A stretch of DNA of 64,000 nt from Betaproteobacteria bacterium (GCA_900299145.1 OMIN01000060.1:20902-84901); one strand, 5' to 3'; shown: positions 1 through 10,123, counted from the stretch's first letter. The notes: generated by a model not told the origin, from the letters alone. Program-made: numbers and translations.

Positions 1-113
1 TCGACGCCGTTTTTCGAAAGAAACTCTTTCGTTCGCAGGCAGCTACTTCATCCGGGCTGGGTGAGGTAGAGGAATTTGTCGGCGGGAATGTCGTTGAGAT
101 TCATCGTGCAGCC

Positions 114-146
114 TTTAAAAATATTACATTAAATCATATACTTACG
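114..146 (-). repeat. AT-rich intergenic repeat, degenerate copy
   Basis: The reverse complement reads CGTAAGTATATGATTTAATGTAATATTTTTAAA. Lies just downstream of the CoA-transferase stop. Confidence 0.45.
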
Positions 147-163
147 ATTATAGTGCTGCAGAG

Positions 164-2764
164 TTAAGTCACACCTTCTTCCGCCAGCTTGGCAATCTCC
201 GCAGTCGACATGCCAAGCAATTCACCAAATACATACTCGTTGTCTTCGCCATAACACGGCGCGCCGCGGTCGATGCGCCCGCCGATGTAGGCCGGGCTTT
301 CGTGCAGCTTGATCGGCACTTCCGCCACCGGCCACCGGCCGATTTTGGTGCCCGTCACTTCGGTGAGCCATTCGAGATGTTTCAACTGTGGATCATCGTC
401 GCAGCGGTTGCCCGCGTGCTGGCACACGCCTGCCGGCACGCCGGCTTTTTGCAACGCCAGCATCAACTCGTATTCATTGCAGTTTTTCGTCCACCCGGCA
501 ATGGCCTTGTCGAGCGCGTTGACGTTGGCCATGCGCGAGGCCAGATCCTTGAAACGCGGATCACTGCCCCACGCCGGATTGCCGGCCACCTTGAGCAAGG
601 CCTGCCATTCCGCTTCGTTAAAGCACGCCATGGTGATCCAGCGGTCATCGCCCGCACACTGATACACGTTATGCGGCGCGGCGGGCTTGAACGGTGAGGC
701 ATTGCCGATGCGCTTCCAGATGCGATTGTTTGCCGCCCAATCCAGCGTCGCCGTGCCAGTGATGAACAGACCTACTTCGGATTGCGACGCATCGATCCAT
801 TGCCCTTCACCGGTACGGTCGCGGTGATACAACGCAGAGAGCATCGCCAGGCCAAAGCTGTAGGCGCCCATCCAGTCGAGATACGAATATCCCCAGCCCG
901 CAGGCATCGCCGGTTCGGGCAGGCCTGACATTTCGGAGAGGCCCGCGAATGCATTAGCAATCGGCCCCACCGTGCGGAAGCGCCCATAGGTGCCCTGCGC
1001 GCCCATGCCAGACTGCGACACGTAAATTATGCCGGGCCGCAATTTCTGCAGCACGTCGTAACCCAGCCCCCAGTTGTTCAATACACCGGGCGAAAAACCT
1101 TCCGCGACGATGTCGGACATCTGGATCAGCTTCTTCACCATCTCCAGCCCTTTCGGGTGGCGCACATTGAGCGAGATACCGCGCTTGCCAGGGTTCTTGT
1201 TGTTGAACTGGCCGCCCATGTTGATGTCGGTTACGCCCTTCAGCGGCGCGGTGGCTTTCTCGCGCGCGGCACGGCCGCCTTCCGGCGCCATCGCGGCGAG
1301 GCGCGTGTCGGGATGCGACTTCAATTCGATCTTGATGCTCTCCGCACCAAACGCCGACAGGAAGCGCGTGCCGCCAGCGGAGGCCAAAAACCATGAAAAG
1401 TCGACGATGCGTATGCCCTTTAACGGCAGCGGCTTGCCGCGCCTGGAAGGCGGCTCTGCGGGATCGACCTTCGCCGTCGGGCTGATGGTCGGCGTCGGGC
1501 TTTGCGTTTTGGCAAATACCGTTGCCGCGTCTTCATTCAACAACGGCGCGCGGCGCCCCACCACCCATTCATTGGCGGTGCTGATCCACTTGCTCGTGGC
1601 GTAGCGGAATTTTTTGCCAAGTTCCGGATGCTCGATATCCGCTACGCTGCCGCGCGCTTCCCAGTGCTCGTCGGTGGCATTTTCGTCGGGCTTACGCAGC
1701 GGCGCGACCAGCAAACCGGCTTCCTGCATTTCGCGCCAAGGAAAGTTTTCGTAGGTAAAAGCGCGGACAAAGCGCTGCATCGCTTCCAGACCTTCATCGC
1801 GCTTGCCGCCGGCCGGGCCGGTGCCGGGCACATAGCGTCCACCGCGCGGCGCGCCTGCTGCCTGCGGGTTGTAGCCTTCCTCAAGGCCATATTTGGCGAG
1901 AATTTTTTGCAAACGTTCGGGATCGTCCGGCCGGTTACCCAGATTGGCCATCACCCAGCGACCGTCCTTCGTGTGCACTATGGTTGGTGCGGCAGAAATG
2001 CCTTCGCGCGCGTGGCGGCAGGTCTGACGCTGCACCACCGCTCGGCGCATTACCCACGACATCAAATCCACTTCCGTCGACACCGCCACCGATTGATGCA
2101 CGGCGCAGGACAACTGCTGCCCCTTGCCGGTACGAAAACGATACAGCAGTGCCGCCATGATCGACATGGTAAGTTGCTCGCCCGCAATATGGTAGGCATG
2201 CCACATCTGCGGTGCGATCGGCGGCAGATCGTATTTACCATCTGGGCCGGGGTCGTAGCCGCAGTTCATCATCACGCCGCCCATCGCAAGATGGATCAGG
2301 TCTGAACCTTTGAAGTGCGACCACGGGCCGTCATCGCCAAATGGCGTAACGCGCGCGTGGATTAGCCGGTCAGTGCTGGGCTTCAGGCCCAAGCCTTCGA
2401 GATAACCCTTGGGCGTGGATTCAAGCAAAATATCCGCACCCGCAAGTAATGTTCGGAACTTCGCCTTGTCCGCTTCCTGATTGAGATCGAGCACCACGGA
2501 TTTTTTGCCGCGGTTGTATTGCCAGAAAAACAACGAGCCGTTGGGATCGGGCTTGTCCTGATAAAACGGCCCGATGCTTCGCGTGCTGTTACCGCCGGGC
2601 GGCTCCACCTTGATCACGTCCGCGCCCAGACCCGCCAGCGTCGCGCCGCAGTATTCAGCCGTTTCGTCGCACAATTCGATGACACGTATGCCCGCGAGCG
2701 ACGGTGCGCCCTTGGCCTGCTTGCCGGAAACGGCATTGGTATTTTGTGCTGCCATGGTAATCAT
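164..2764 (-). CDS. Tandem-fused family III CoA-transferase (two CaiB/BaiF-type domains in one 866-aa chain)
   Basis: Full ORF. The family III N-terminal signature occurs twice: IRVIELCDETAEYCGATLAGLGADVIKVEPPGG at the N-terminus and GIRIVDFSWFLASAGGTRFLSAFGAESIKIE in the second half. A Pro/Ser/Thr-rich linker joins the halves. Confidence 0.85.
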   Translation of the reverse strand: MITMAAQNTNAVSGKQAKGAPSLAGIRVIELCDETAEYCGATLAGLGADVIKVEPPGGNSTRSIGPFYQDKPDPNGSLFFWQYNRGKKSVVLDLNQEADKAKFRTLLAGADILLESTPKGYLEGLGLKPSTDRLIHARVTPFGDDGPWSHFKGSDLIHLAMGGVMMNCGYDPGPDGKYDLPPIAPQMWHAYHIAGEQLTMSIMAALLYRFRTGKGQQLSCAVHQSVAVSTEVDLMSWVMRRAVVQRQTCRHAREGISAAPTIVHTKDGRWVMANLGNRPDDPERLQKILAKYGLEEGYNPQAAGAPRGGRYVPGTGPAGGKRDEGLEAMQRFVRAFTYENFPWREMQEAGLLVAPLRKPDENATDEHWEARGSVADIEHPELGKKFRYATSKWISTANEWVVGRRAPLLNEDAATVFAKTQSPTPTISPTAKVDPAEPPSRRGKPLPLKGIRIVDFSWFLASAGGTRFLSAFGAESIKIELKSHPDTRLAAMAPEGGRAAREKATAPLKGVTDINMGGQFNNKNPGKRGISLNVRHPKGLEMVKKLIQMSDIVAEGFSPGVLNNWGLGYDVLQKLRPGIIYVSQSGMGAQGTYGRFRTVGPIANAFAGLSEMSGLPEPAMPAGWGYSYLDWMGAYSFGLAMLSALYHRDRTGEGQWIDASQSEVGLFITGTATLDWAANNRIWKRIGNASPFKPAAPHNVYQCAGDDRWITMACFNEAEWQALLKVAGNPAWGSDPRFKDLASRMANVNALDKAIAGWTKNCNEYELMLALQKAGVPAGVCQHAGNRCDDDPQLKHLEWLTEVTGTKIGRWPVAEVPIKLHESPAYIGGRIDRGAPCYGEDNEYVFGELLGMSTAEIAKLAEEGVT

Positions 2765-3058
2765 CCCTTCAGACGTGACGTTTACGATTGGAGTTCAAGA
2801 AGTGAGACATGCGCGCCGTATGTTCCCGGATATTCTTGTATGCACCCGGATGCTCTCTTGTTATGGGGCTCAGTGCGCGACTTATCCCGCAATCATCAGA
2901 CTTGCAGCTTACACGTACCGCGCTATGGCGAAAAGCCGCACGCACCCTGCATGCCGCCGCGTTGGTGGCGCGCGCTTGCGTGATCTTGTATTCTTGTGGG
3001 CCACGCGTTCGCGTAATGGAATTTAATTGCGGGCGGCCAATCAGCAAAGGAGCAATCG

Positions 3059-3982
3059 ATGCACGGATCATTGGAGGATTTATACGTCGAAGTCGACATG
3101 TGTGCACCCGGCTGGGAGCGCATTATCGACAAAAGCCCGCCCGTTGAACTTCTCGCGCGCGACATCGTTTTCGGCGAAGGCCCGGTGTGGGACAAAAAGA
3201 ACAAACGCCTTGTTTTTGTGGACATCATCGGCGACACGATCTGGAGCTGGAAGCCGGGAGTCGGCAAGGAAGTCATTCTCAATCCGTCGGTAAAAGCCAA
3301 TGGGCTCGCTCTCGACCTGGAAAACCGCATTGTCGTCGCGGGCTGGGGCGGTCGCACCGTGTTCCGCCAGGAGCACGACGGCGCGTGGAAAACGCTGGCC
3401 GACAAATATGAAGGTAAAAAGCTCAACACGCCCAACGACATCGTGGTCACGTCCGACGGCGCAATCTGGTTTACCGATCCGCCCGGCGGCATGTACAACG
3501 TCGGCATGGTGGGGCCGGACGTGCAGCGTTATCTGGAATCGCAGCCGGTGTTTCGCATCTCGCCGGATGGCAAAAAGCTCTCGATAGTCACCGAGGACAC
3601 GGTGTATCCGAATGGTTTGTGTTTCTCGCCGGATGAAAAAATTCTCTACGTCAACTGCTCGCGTGAGCGCTTGATCCGCGCGTATGACGTGAAGCCCGAC
3701 GGTACGGTCGGCCCCAAGCGTTTGTTTTTCCAATACACCGGCCCGGAGCGCGGCGTGCCCGACGGCATGAAGTGCGATTCGGCAGGAAACGTATGGTGCA
3801 CCGCGCCCGGCGGCATCTGGGTGCATGGCCCCTCCGGCAAGCCGATATGCCGCATCAAAACGCCGGGGCATCACCCCACCAACATCGCGTTCGGCGACGA
3901 CGACTGGAAAACGATGTACGTCACCAACATCGGTTCAGTGACGCGCTTCCGGCTGAACATCGCCGGCGTGCCGTCGCGCTAA
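3059..3982 (+). CDS. SMP-30/gluconolactonase/LRE family protein
   Basis: 307-aa ORF with typical lactonase beta-propeller motifs (FGEGPVWD, NDIVVTSDGAIWFTDP, PNGLCFSPDEKILYV, PDGMKCDSAGNVW). AAAGGAG RBS lies upstream of the ATG. Confidence 0.85.
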   Translation: MHGSLEDLYVEVDMCAPGWERIIDKSPPVELLARDIVFGEGPVWDKKNKRLVFVDIIGDTIWSWKPGVGKEVILNPSVKANGLALDLENRIVVAGWGGRTVFRQEHDGAWKTLADKYEGKKLNTPNDIVVTSDGAIWFTDPPGGMYNVGMVGPDVQRYLESQPVFRISPDGKKLSIVTEDTVYPNGLCFSPDEKILYVNCSRERLIRAYDVKPDGTVGPKRLFFQYTGPERGVPDGMKCDSAGNVWCTAPGGIWVHGPSGKPICRIKTPGHHPTNIAFGDDDWKTMYVTNIGSVTRFRLNIAGVPSR

Positions 3983-4005
3983 GTCACGCCAAGAGGAGAA
4001 CAAAA

Positions 4006-4893
4006 ATGACCTGGAAATTTGAACTCGTAGCCGGCCCTTTCAAGGGCCGCACTGGTGGCCTGGCGTGGGATGGCAAAGGCATGTTGTGCAGCGCCGTGCA
4101 GGAAGAACGCGTGGTGCGTTACGACCCTGCCACCAGCAAGACCGATAACTTTCGCCGCTGGACAGGGCGTGTAAATGGCCTTGCCATCGCGAAGGATGGC
4201 GTATTCGGCGCGCAGGAAGGCGGCCGCCGTGTGATTCAGTTCATGAATGACGGCAGCGCGCGCCCCATCACCGAGTTTCTCGAAGGTGAGCGCCACAACC
4301 AGCCCTGTGACGTGGCCGTCGATAGCAAAGGCCGGGTGTGGATCGCCGATGCCTACAACGCGCAAGCGCCCTACGGCCCGCCCACCGCGCCGATACTGCC
4401 ACATGCGTCGGTATTGCGCGCCGACCCGCAAGGCCCCGGCAACTTTCGATTGAATCGCGTCACCCATGACACCGCAGGACCGCAAGCCGTCCTGCTTTCT
4501 GCTGATGAAAAAACGCTGTATGTCGCGGATGGCGATGCGGAGCGCGGCGACGTGTGCCAGCTATTAAGCTACGCCATCAATGAGCACGGCAGCGTGCCTC
4601 ACCATGGCAAAGTGCTGCTCAACTTCCAATTCGGCGAACGCGGCATCACCGGGCTGGCGCTGGCCAGCGACGGCAGCATCGTCGCCTGCATGGGCTGGAA
4701 AAAAAGCGGCAGCGGCGCGAATATCCTTGTCGTGTCACCCGGCGGCACGATACTGGAAACGCACGAAGCGCCGGCGGATCTGCCAATGCGCGTCGCATTC
4801 GGCGGCGCGGACTTGGGTGATCTTTACTTGAGCTGCGGGGACGGTGGGTTGTATCGCGCCAAGGGAATTGGGCGGCGTGGTGTAAAGCGGTGA
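4006..4893 (+). CDS. SMP-30/gluconolactonase-like protein (divergent paralog)
   Basis: In-frame ATG at 4006 is preceded by AAGAGGAG. The sequence is propeller-like (GLAWDGKGMLCS, NGLAIAKDG, PCDVAVDSKGRVWIADA, ITGLALASDGSIV). The longer track ORF from 3772 overlaps the upstream gene and looks like a spurious extension. Confidence 0.75.
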   Translation: MTWKFELVAGPFKGRTGGLAWDGKGMLCSAVQEERVVRYDPATSKTDNFRRWTGRVNGLAIAKDGVFGAQEGGRRVIQFMNDGSARPITEFLEGERHNQPCDVAVDSKGRVWIADAYNAQAPYGPPTAPILPHASVLRADPQGPGNFRLNRVTHDTAGPQAVLLSADEKTLYVADGDAERGDVCQLLSYAINEHGSVPHHGKVLLNFQFGERGITGLALASDGSIVACMGWKKSGSGANILVVSPGGTILETHEAPADLPMRVAFGGADLGDLYLSCGDGGLYRAKGIGRRGVKR

Positions 4894-4906
4894 AGTGTAG
4901 CAATTC

Positions 4907-4939
4907 GTAGGGCGGAAAAAGCGAGCCATCCCGCCCTAC
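4907..4939 (+). terminator. Stem-loop downstream of the second lactonase gene (9-bp perfect stem GTAGGGCGG / CCGCCCTAC)
   Basis: Inverted repeat at 4907-4915 and 4931-4939. No U-tract follows, so terminator function is uncertain. Confidence 0.3.
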
Positions 4940-5008
4940 CAATCGATCTCAAATTCAATACAGCAAAGCCAGCCGGATTCTCAGGAAATCCCACTGGGCA
5001 GCCTTGAC

Positions 5009-5040
5009 ATAAGTATCTGTTTTTATTGCGATTTTATTTA
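5009..5040 (+). repeat. AT-rich intergenic repeat
   Basis: ATAAGTATCTGTTTTTATTGCGATTTTATTTA, within a 625-bp non-coding gap. Confidence 0.7.
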
Positions 5041-5424
5041 GCCTTCGCTTACCGCATTCCACGTAACTTGTCGGCAACCTTCGCCGCAAAGTCCGCGGCC
5101 CACGCTAGCATCCGCTTTGCCAGATCGTTTCCACTTTCTCTACAAATCCAGCCCGCAGTACCAAGGCCTGCCGTTTGGCATTTGGCGTGAAAAATGTCAC
5201 ACGTACCACGCGACTTCCTTCACATTCCAGGCGCTATTTTCTGCTCAAGCATTTTTTTCTATGGGATTATTCCGCCGCGTGCACTAGAACTCTGCCCCAT
5301 GTGATTCACGACGCATTCAGGCGCTTATAAATGACAATCCAGAAATTGGCAGTCCCGGTGGTTAATGCGGCAATCGCCTTGCAGGTAACAGCGCTGGTTA
5401 TCGCCACGGCTGCGATGGTGCTGT

Positions 5425-5468
5425 TCTAGACTTCCCGAGTTCCAAGTCTAGACTTCCAGAGTTTCACG
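5425..5468 (+). repeat. Tandem duplication of a 22-bp unit (TCTAGACTTCCCGAGTTCCAAG / TCTAGACTTCCAGAGTTTCACG)
   Basis: Two adjacent units share about 18 of 22 positions. Each begins with the palindrome TCTAGA. Confidence 0.6.
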
Positions 5469-5488
5469 CCCAAGCGCTCCACGCCACC

Positions 5489-5513
5489 GCGCAACGGCAT
5501 GGGCCCGTTGCGC
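5489..5513 (-). terminator. Stem-loop immediately downstream of the Bug gene (GCGCAACGG / CCGTTGCGC)
   Basis: Perfect 9-bp inverted repeat at 5489-5497 and 5505-5513 with a 7-nt loop, 6 nt past the stop of the 5519..6511 gene. No clear U-tract. Confidence 0.35.
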
Positions 5514-5518
5514 TATTC

Positions 5519-6511
5519 TCAATCCACTTTCAGGCCAATCTGCGCGACGAGTTTTTGCGTGGATTCATAGTCGGCTTTGAGCATGGCTTCGAAATGCTCC
5601 GGGCTTTTGCCCACCGGCTCGGCACCTATCACCAAAATTCGCTGGCGGACTTCGGGATTCGCCAGCGCCTTGGTAATTTCCTGATTGAGCCGCGTGATGA
5701 TTTCACGTGGCGTGCCGGCGGGCGCAAGTAAACCAATCCAAGTCATATGGCTGTAGCCAGGAAAGCCGCTCTCTGCCACTGTGGGTACGTCGCCCAGCGC
5801 GGGCCAGCGCTTTTCCGAGGTGATCGCCAGCGCGCGCAGTGCGCCGGACTGCAAATGCTGGCTCATGCCGGGTAGCGCCGACATCGCCAACGGTATCTGG
5901 TTGGCCAGCAAATCCTGCGTAGCGGGACCGCCACCCTTGTAGGGTACGGCGGGCAATTCGATTTTCGCAGCGCTTTTAAAGGCCTCCATCGCCACGTGCG
6001 TGGGCTGGCCATTGCCACCGTGGCCATACACCATTTTGCCGGGCGCCGCGCGTATCGCCGCGAGCAGGTCCTTCAGGGTGCGGTGCGGACTTTGTGCATT
6101 GACGACAATCACCGAAGGCGCTTCGGTCAACTGCACCACCGCCACGAAATCCTTGCGGGGATCGTAGCCGGGCTTCTTGTAAATGAAGGCATTCAGGTTG
6201 TGATTGGTGGTGGTTTCCAGCAACGTATAACCGTCATTATTGCCGCGCGCCACATATTCGCTGGCGATGTTGCCGCCCGCGCCAGGGCGGTTTTCCACCA
6301 GCACGGTTTGGCCAAAGCCGCGAGACAGTCGGTCAGCGACAATACGCCCGACCACATCCAGCCCTCCACCCGGCGCCGTCACACACACAAAACGTACCGG
6401 CTTGGTTGGGTAAGTTTGCGCGTGCACCAGCCTTGGCAGAGACAAAGAGATCACTGTAAAAAGTATTGATAAAGCCACTCTCAGACGATAAGCGTGCCAA
6501 AAGCCAATCAT
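5519..6511 (-). CDS. Bug-family (TctC-like) tripartite tricarboxylate transporter substrate-binding protein
   Basis: 330 aa with a signal peptide and typical Bug motifs (PTKPVRFVCVTAPGGGLDVVGR, ENRPGAGGNIA, VPYKGGGPA). Confidence 0.9.
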   Translation of the reverse strand: MIGFWHAYRLRVALSILFTVISLSLPRLVHAQTYPTKPVRFVCVTAPGGGLDVVGRIVADRLSRGFGQTVLVENRPGAGGNIASEYVARGNNDGYTLLETTTNHNLNAFIYKKPGYDPRKDFVAVVQLTEAPSVIVVNAQSPHRTLKDLLAAIRAAPGKMVYGHGGNGQPTHVAMEAFKSAAKIELPAVPYKGGGPATQDLLANQIPLAMSALPGMSQHLQSGALRALAITSEKRWPALGDVPTVAESGFPGYSHMTWIGLLAPAGTPREIITRLNQEITKALANPEVRQRILVIGAEPVGKSPEHFEAMLKADYESTQKLVAQIGLKVD

Positions 6512-6632
6512 GAGACATTTCCTTTAATCAGTTTCATATCGCACAAAGCGTATTGGACAATCTTGCGCTATGCGGCAGCGCAATTTGCGGCAATTAAGAA
6601 CGATTTCACGGGCCCCAGATTGTCAAAATTTA

Positions 6633-6661
6633 TTGACATCATACTAATTTAGCGACTAAAT
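6633..6661 (+). promoter_or_regulatory. Candidate sigma-70 promoter for the chemoreceptor gene (TTGACA-17 bp-CTAAAT)
   Basis: TTGACA at 6633-6638, a 17-bp spacer, then CTAAAT at 6656-6661, about 30 nt upstream of the ATG at 6692. The -35 is also the right arm of the inverted repeat TGTCAA-N6-TTGACA (6621-6638). Confidence 0.4.
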
Positions 6662-6691
6662 TGCGCATCGAGTTCGCCCCGTAGAGTCGCG

Positions 6692-8781
6692 ATGAAACTA
6701 TCCAATATCCGCATCTGGCAAAAGCTGCTGCTGCTCGGCATTATCGCGGCAGTATTATGCGCGGTGCCGACTTATCTGTACATTCGCGGCGCCAACAAAG
6801 AAATCCGTGACACCCTGACTGAAATCCGGGGCTTGACTCCCGCAGGGCAATTGGTGAAATTGATGCAGCCGCTGCAGGTACACCGCGATTCTGCAGCAGC
6901 GCTTCTCAGTGGCGATCGCGAGCTTGCCACGCTGCGCGCCACCAAGGAAAAGGAAGTTACTGACGCATTCGCCAAACTGCGTGCTGCCATTCCCGATACT
7001 GCGGCGCCACTAATCAAGAAATTGGAAAAGGCGGAAGCAGACTGGAAATCACTCGCAAAATCCGTCAAGGATCAGTCGTTTCCGGTGGAAGATAGCTACA
7101 ATGCACACACAAGACTGATCGCCGCGGTTATCGACCTGATCGAATCCACCGCTGACTATTACGGACTTACACTGGATCCAGAGGCCAACGCCTATCACAC
7201 GATCATCTGGGCGATGGTGGAGTTGCCAAGACTCACCGAAGCCATGGGCCGCATGCGCGCTACTGGCACTGCGATACTTGGCATCAAGCAGGCTACTGCA
7301 GAAGAGCGCGTCACGATTGCCACCATGCTGGAGCGGACTCGCGACGGGCTGGCCGACAGCCGCGACCAGATCCAGAAGATAAAGGAAGCCAATGGTGGCG
7401 CAATGCCAGCGCTGGAAGCCGCCGCCGCCAACGCCCAAAGCGAATCGCAAAAACTCGTCGGCATTACCGATCTTGAATTCATGCGCATCGAGGTACTGCG
7501 TTATAGCGCGGCAGACTATCTCAAAGTGGGTACCGCCGCCATTGATGCGCAATTTGCGTTGATCACAGCCGCGCACACCGAAATCGAGCGCATACTGCAT
7601 GAACGCGTCGTCGAAAACGCTGGGTGATGGCGACACTGCTCGGGATGATCGCCCTGCTGGTGCTGATTGGCGCCGTTACCATGGTATGGATGATGCGTAC
7701 CATCACCCGGCCGCTCAACGAGGCCATCGCTGATGCCGATGCCATCGCGGCGGGACGTCTCGACGCCACCATCGTCAATATCGGACTGGACGAAGTCGGG
7801 CAATTGCGCAGGGCCATGCGCCACATGCAGCGCAATCTCGCGCACATCGTATTCAGCATCCGGGAAAACAGCGAAGCGGTGGCCAATGCCTCGCGCGAAA
7901 TCGCGCAAAGCACGCGTGACATGAGCGCCCGCACTGAATCGCAGGCTTCCAGCCTCGAACAAACCGCCGCCAGCATGGAGGAACTCAGCACCACTTTCCA
8001 GAAAAACGACCAGAGCAGCCAGCATGTCACCGATCTCACGGCGCAGGCAGCGGCGGCCGCGGAACAGGGTGGCGCGGTAGTGGGCAAGGTAACGCGCACC
8101 ATGCAGGAAATCGACGTGTCTTCAAAGAAGATTGCCGAGATCATAGGTGTCATCGACAGCATCGCGTTCCAGACCAATATTCTTGCACTCAATGCCGCAG
8201 TCGAAGCCGCACGCGCTGGCGAACAGGGGCGCGGCTTCGCGGTGGTGGCCTCCGAGGTTCGCGCGCTGGCACAACGCTCCGGCCAGGCCGCCAAGGAAAT
8301 CCGCACGCTGATCAGCGATTCGGTCAAGAAGGTGCAAACCGGCACTCGCGAAGCCACCGAATCAGGCAAGGCCATGGACGACATTCTGGAAGCAGTTCGC
8401 AAGGTGGCCGAAACCATGACCGCGATGCAGACCGTTCGCGCCGATCAGCGCCTGGGCGTCTCGCAAGTCACGCGTGCGGTCGAACAGATGAATCAAGGCA
8501 CGCAACAAACCGCGGCCATGGTCGAGGAAGTTGCCGCGACTGCCGATCTGTTGAGCGATCAGGCTGAGCAGTTGTCGGCTTCGGTAGCCGCCTTCAAACT
8601 TGCCGAGAAAGATGAATTAAGCGACAACGGATCAGGCAGCAACGCCCGCGGTACCATCGGGAACCCGATTCCACCTTTGCAGTCTGTCCCGCCGGAAATT
8701 AGTGGTGACATTCCCCCGCAGGCGCAAATGCTTACCGGTGGCGCACCTCGCCCCATGCTGCCTTCAGCGCCAGAGCGCTAG
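6692..8781 (+). pseudogene. Methyl-accepting chemotaxis protein split by a frameshift just before TM2/HAMP
   Basis: ORF 6692..7627 encodes TM1 and a periplasmic helical sensor. ORF 7624..8781, in another frame, starts with TM2 ([22 protein letters not shown]), then HAMP and the MCP signalling domain ([37 protein letters not shown]). The second frame is open from 7603. Either a real disruption or a sequencing indel. Confidence 0.8.
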
Positions 8782-8813
8782 CCGCGCGGGCAGACAGCAC
8801 CTGTCCCTAAAAA

Positions 8814-10123
8814 TCAGACCAGCGACAGCTTCGCGTTCGCCTGTATCAAACGCGCAACCAGCACGTGCAGAAACACGCGCTCGAAGCTGATGCGGCAGGA
8901 GTCCGTCGCCTTCTGATAGGACTGCACGCCGATCTTAAGCATTCGCACCTCGCGCGTGGCCGTGACATCCGCCGTACGCAAATTGCCGGGGCTGCCCAGA
9001 CACGCCATCTCACCCAGACAATCGCCGGGCTTCAGCGTGTCGATCAGGCGCCGCTTGCGCGTCACGCGAACTTCACCGCTCACCAACACGCAAAAGTAAT
9101 CGCCTTTTTCACCCTCGCGCAGCAGCACGGTGTCTTTCGGTACGGTTACCCACTCGGCCAGCCGAATACCTCCCACAAATCCGCGTCGGCGAAGCCCGAG
9201 AAGAACGACAGCTTGCGCAGACTGTTAAAGCGCTCGGTCTCAAAAACGCCCTGCTTGGGCAATGCCGTGGCACCTTTCATCAACCCTGCCAGTTCGTCGA
9301 TCAACTGCTCCCATGTTTGGTAGCGCTTGTCGGTCTCGCGCTGCAATGCGCGAATCACGATCATGTCGAGTTCCAGCGGCACGTCGCGCCGGAACTCCGA
9401 AGGCAGTGGCGGATTGATATTCAGTACCTGATAAGCCAGGCTCGCGATGTTGTCCGCCTTGAATGGTGCGCGCCCGGTGAGCAGCATGAACATCACGATG
9501 CCCAGCGCGTAAATATCGGTCTGATGATTGAGCGGCTTGTTCAGATGCTGCTCCGGCGACATGTATGCCGGCGTGCCAATGCCGTCGATCATGGTGGCTT
9601 CCGCCTTCATCATCGCCGCTGAGCCAAAATCGGTGATTTTGACGTCGTTGTTTTCCTTCAGCATGATATTGGCGGGTTTGATGTCGCGGTGAATCACACC
9701 CTGCTGCGCGGCATATTCAAGTGCGCGCGCGCACTTGTAGGCGACCTCGATCACATCACCGATGCCCAGCAGGTTTTCCGGCTTGGTAAACCGCGAGAGC
9801 GTGCCACCTTCGACGTACTCCATCACGATATAACCGTACTCGTCATCGATGGCTGCGTCGATGATCTGCACGATGTGCGGATGATTCAACTTGCCGGCGA
9901 GCGAAGCTTCGGTAGTGAACAGCCGCTGCATCAGCTTGCCGCTGCCCATGTCGTTCATCGCACTTTGCGAAACCACCTTGACCGCAACTTCGCGATTGGC
10001 AAAAGCGTCCTTACACAGATACACCTTGCTGGTCGCGCCTTCGCCGAGCGTGCGGATCACATCGTACTTGCCGACGCGCTTGGGCGTCATGGCTTGAGCC
10101 GGAGTTTGAGTTTGTTCAGACAT
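8814..10123 (-). pseudogene. Ser/Thr protein kinase fused to a C-terminal cyclic-nucleotide-binding domain, split by a 1-nt frameshift
   Basis: ORF 9146..10123 has Hanks kinase motifs (GEGATSKVY, HRDIKPANIM, DFGSA, GTPAYMSPE) and ends in the start of a cNMP domain (FFSGFADADLWEV). ORF 8814..9176 continues that domain in another frame (IRLAEWVTVPKDTVLLREGEKGDYFCVLVSGEVRV). The two overlap by 31 nt. Confidence 0.8.

Noticed and set aside
48-104. Possible minus-strand gene start at the window edge (ATG at 104, MNLNDIPADKFLYLTQPG*)
   Set aside because: The ORF stops after 18 codons. Another frame stays open to the window edge, which might indicate yet another frameshift at a CCC run, but there is too little sequence and no recognisable family.
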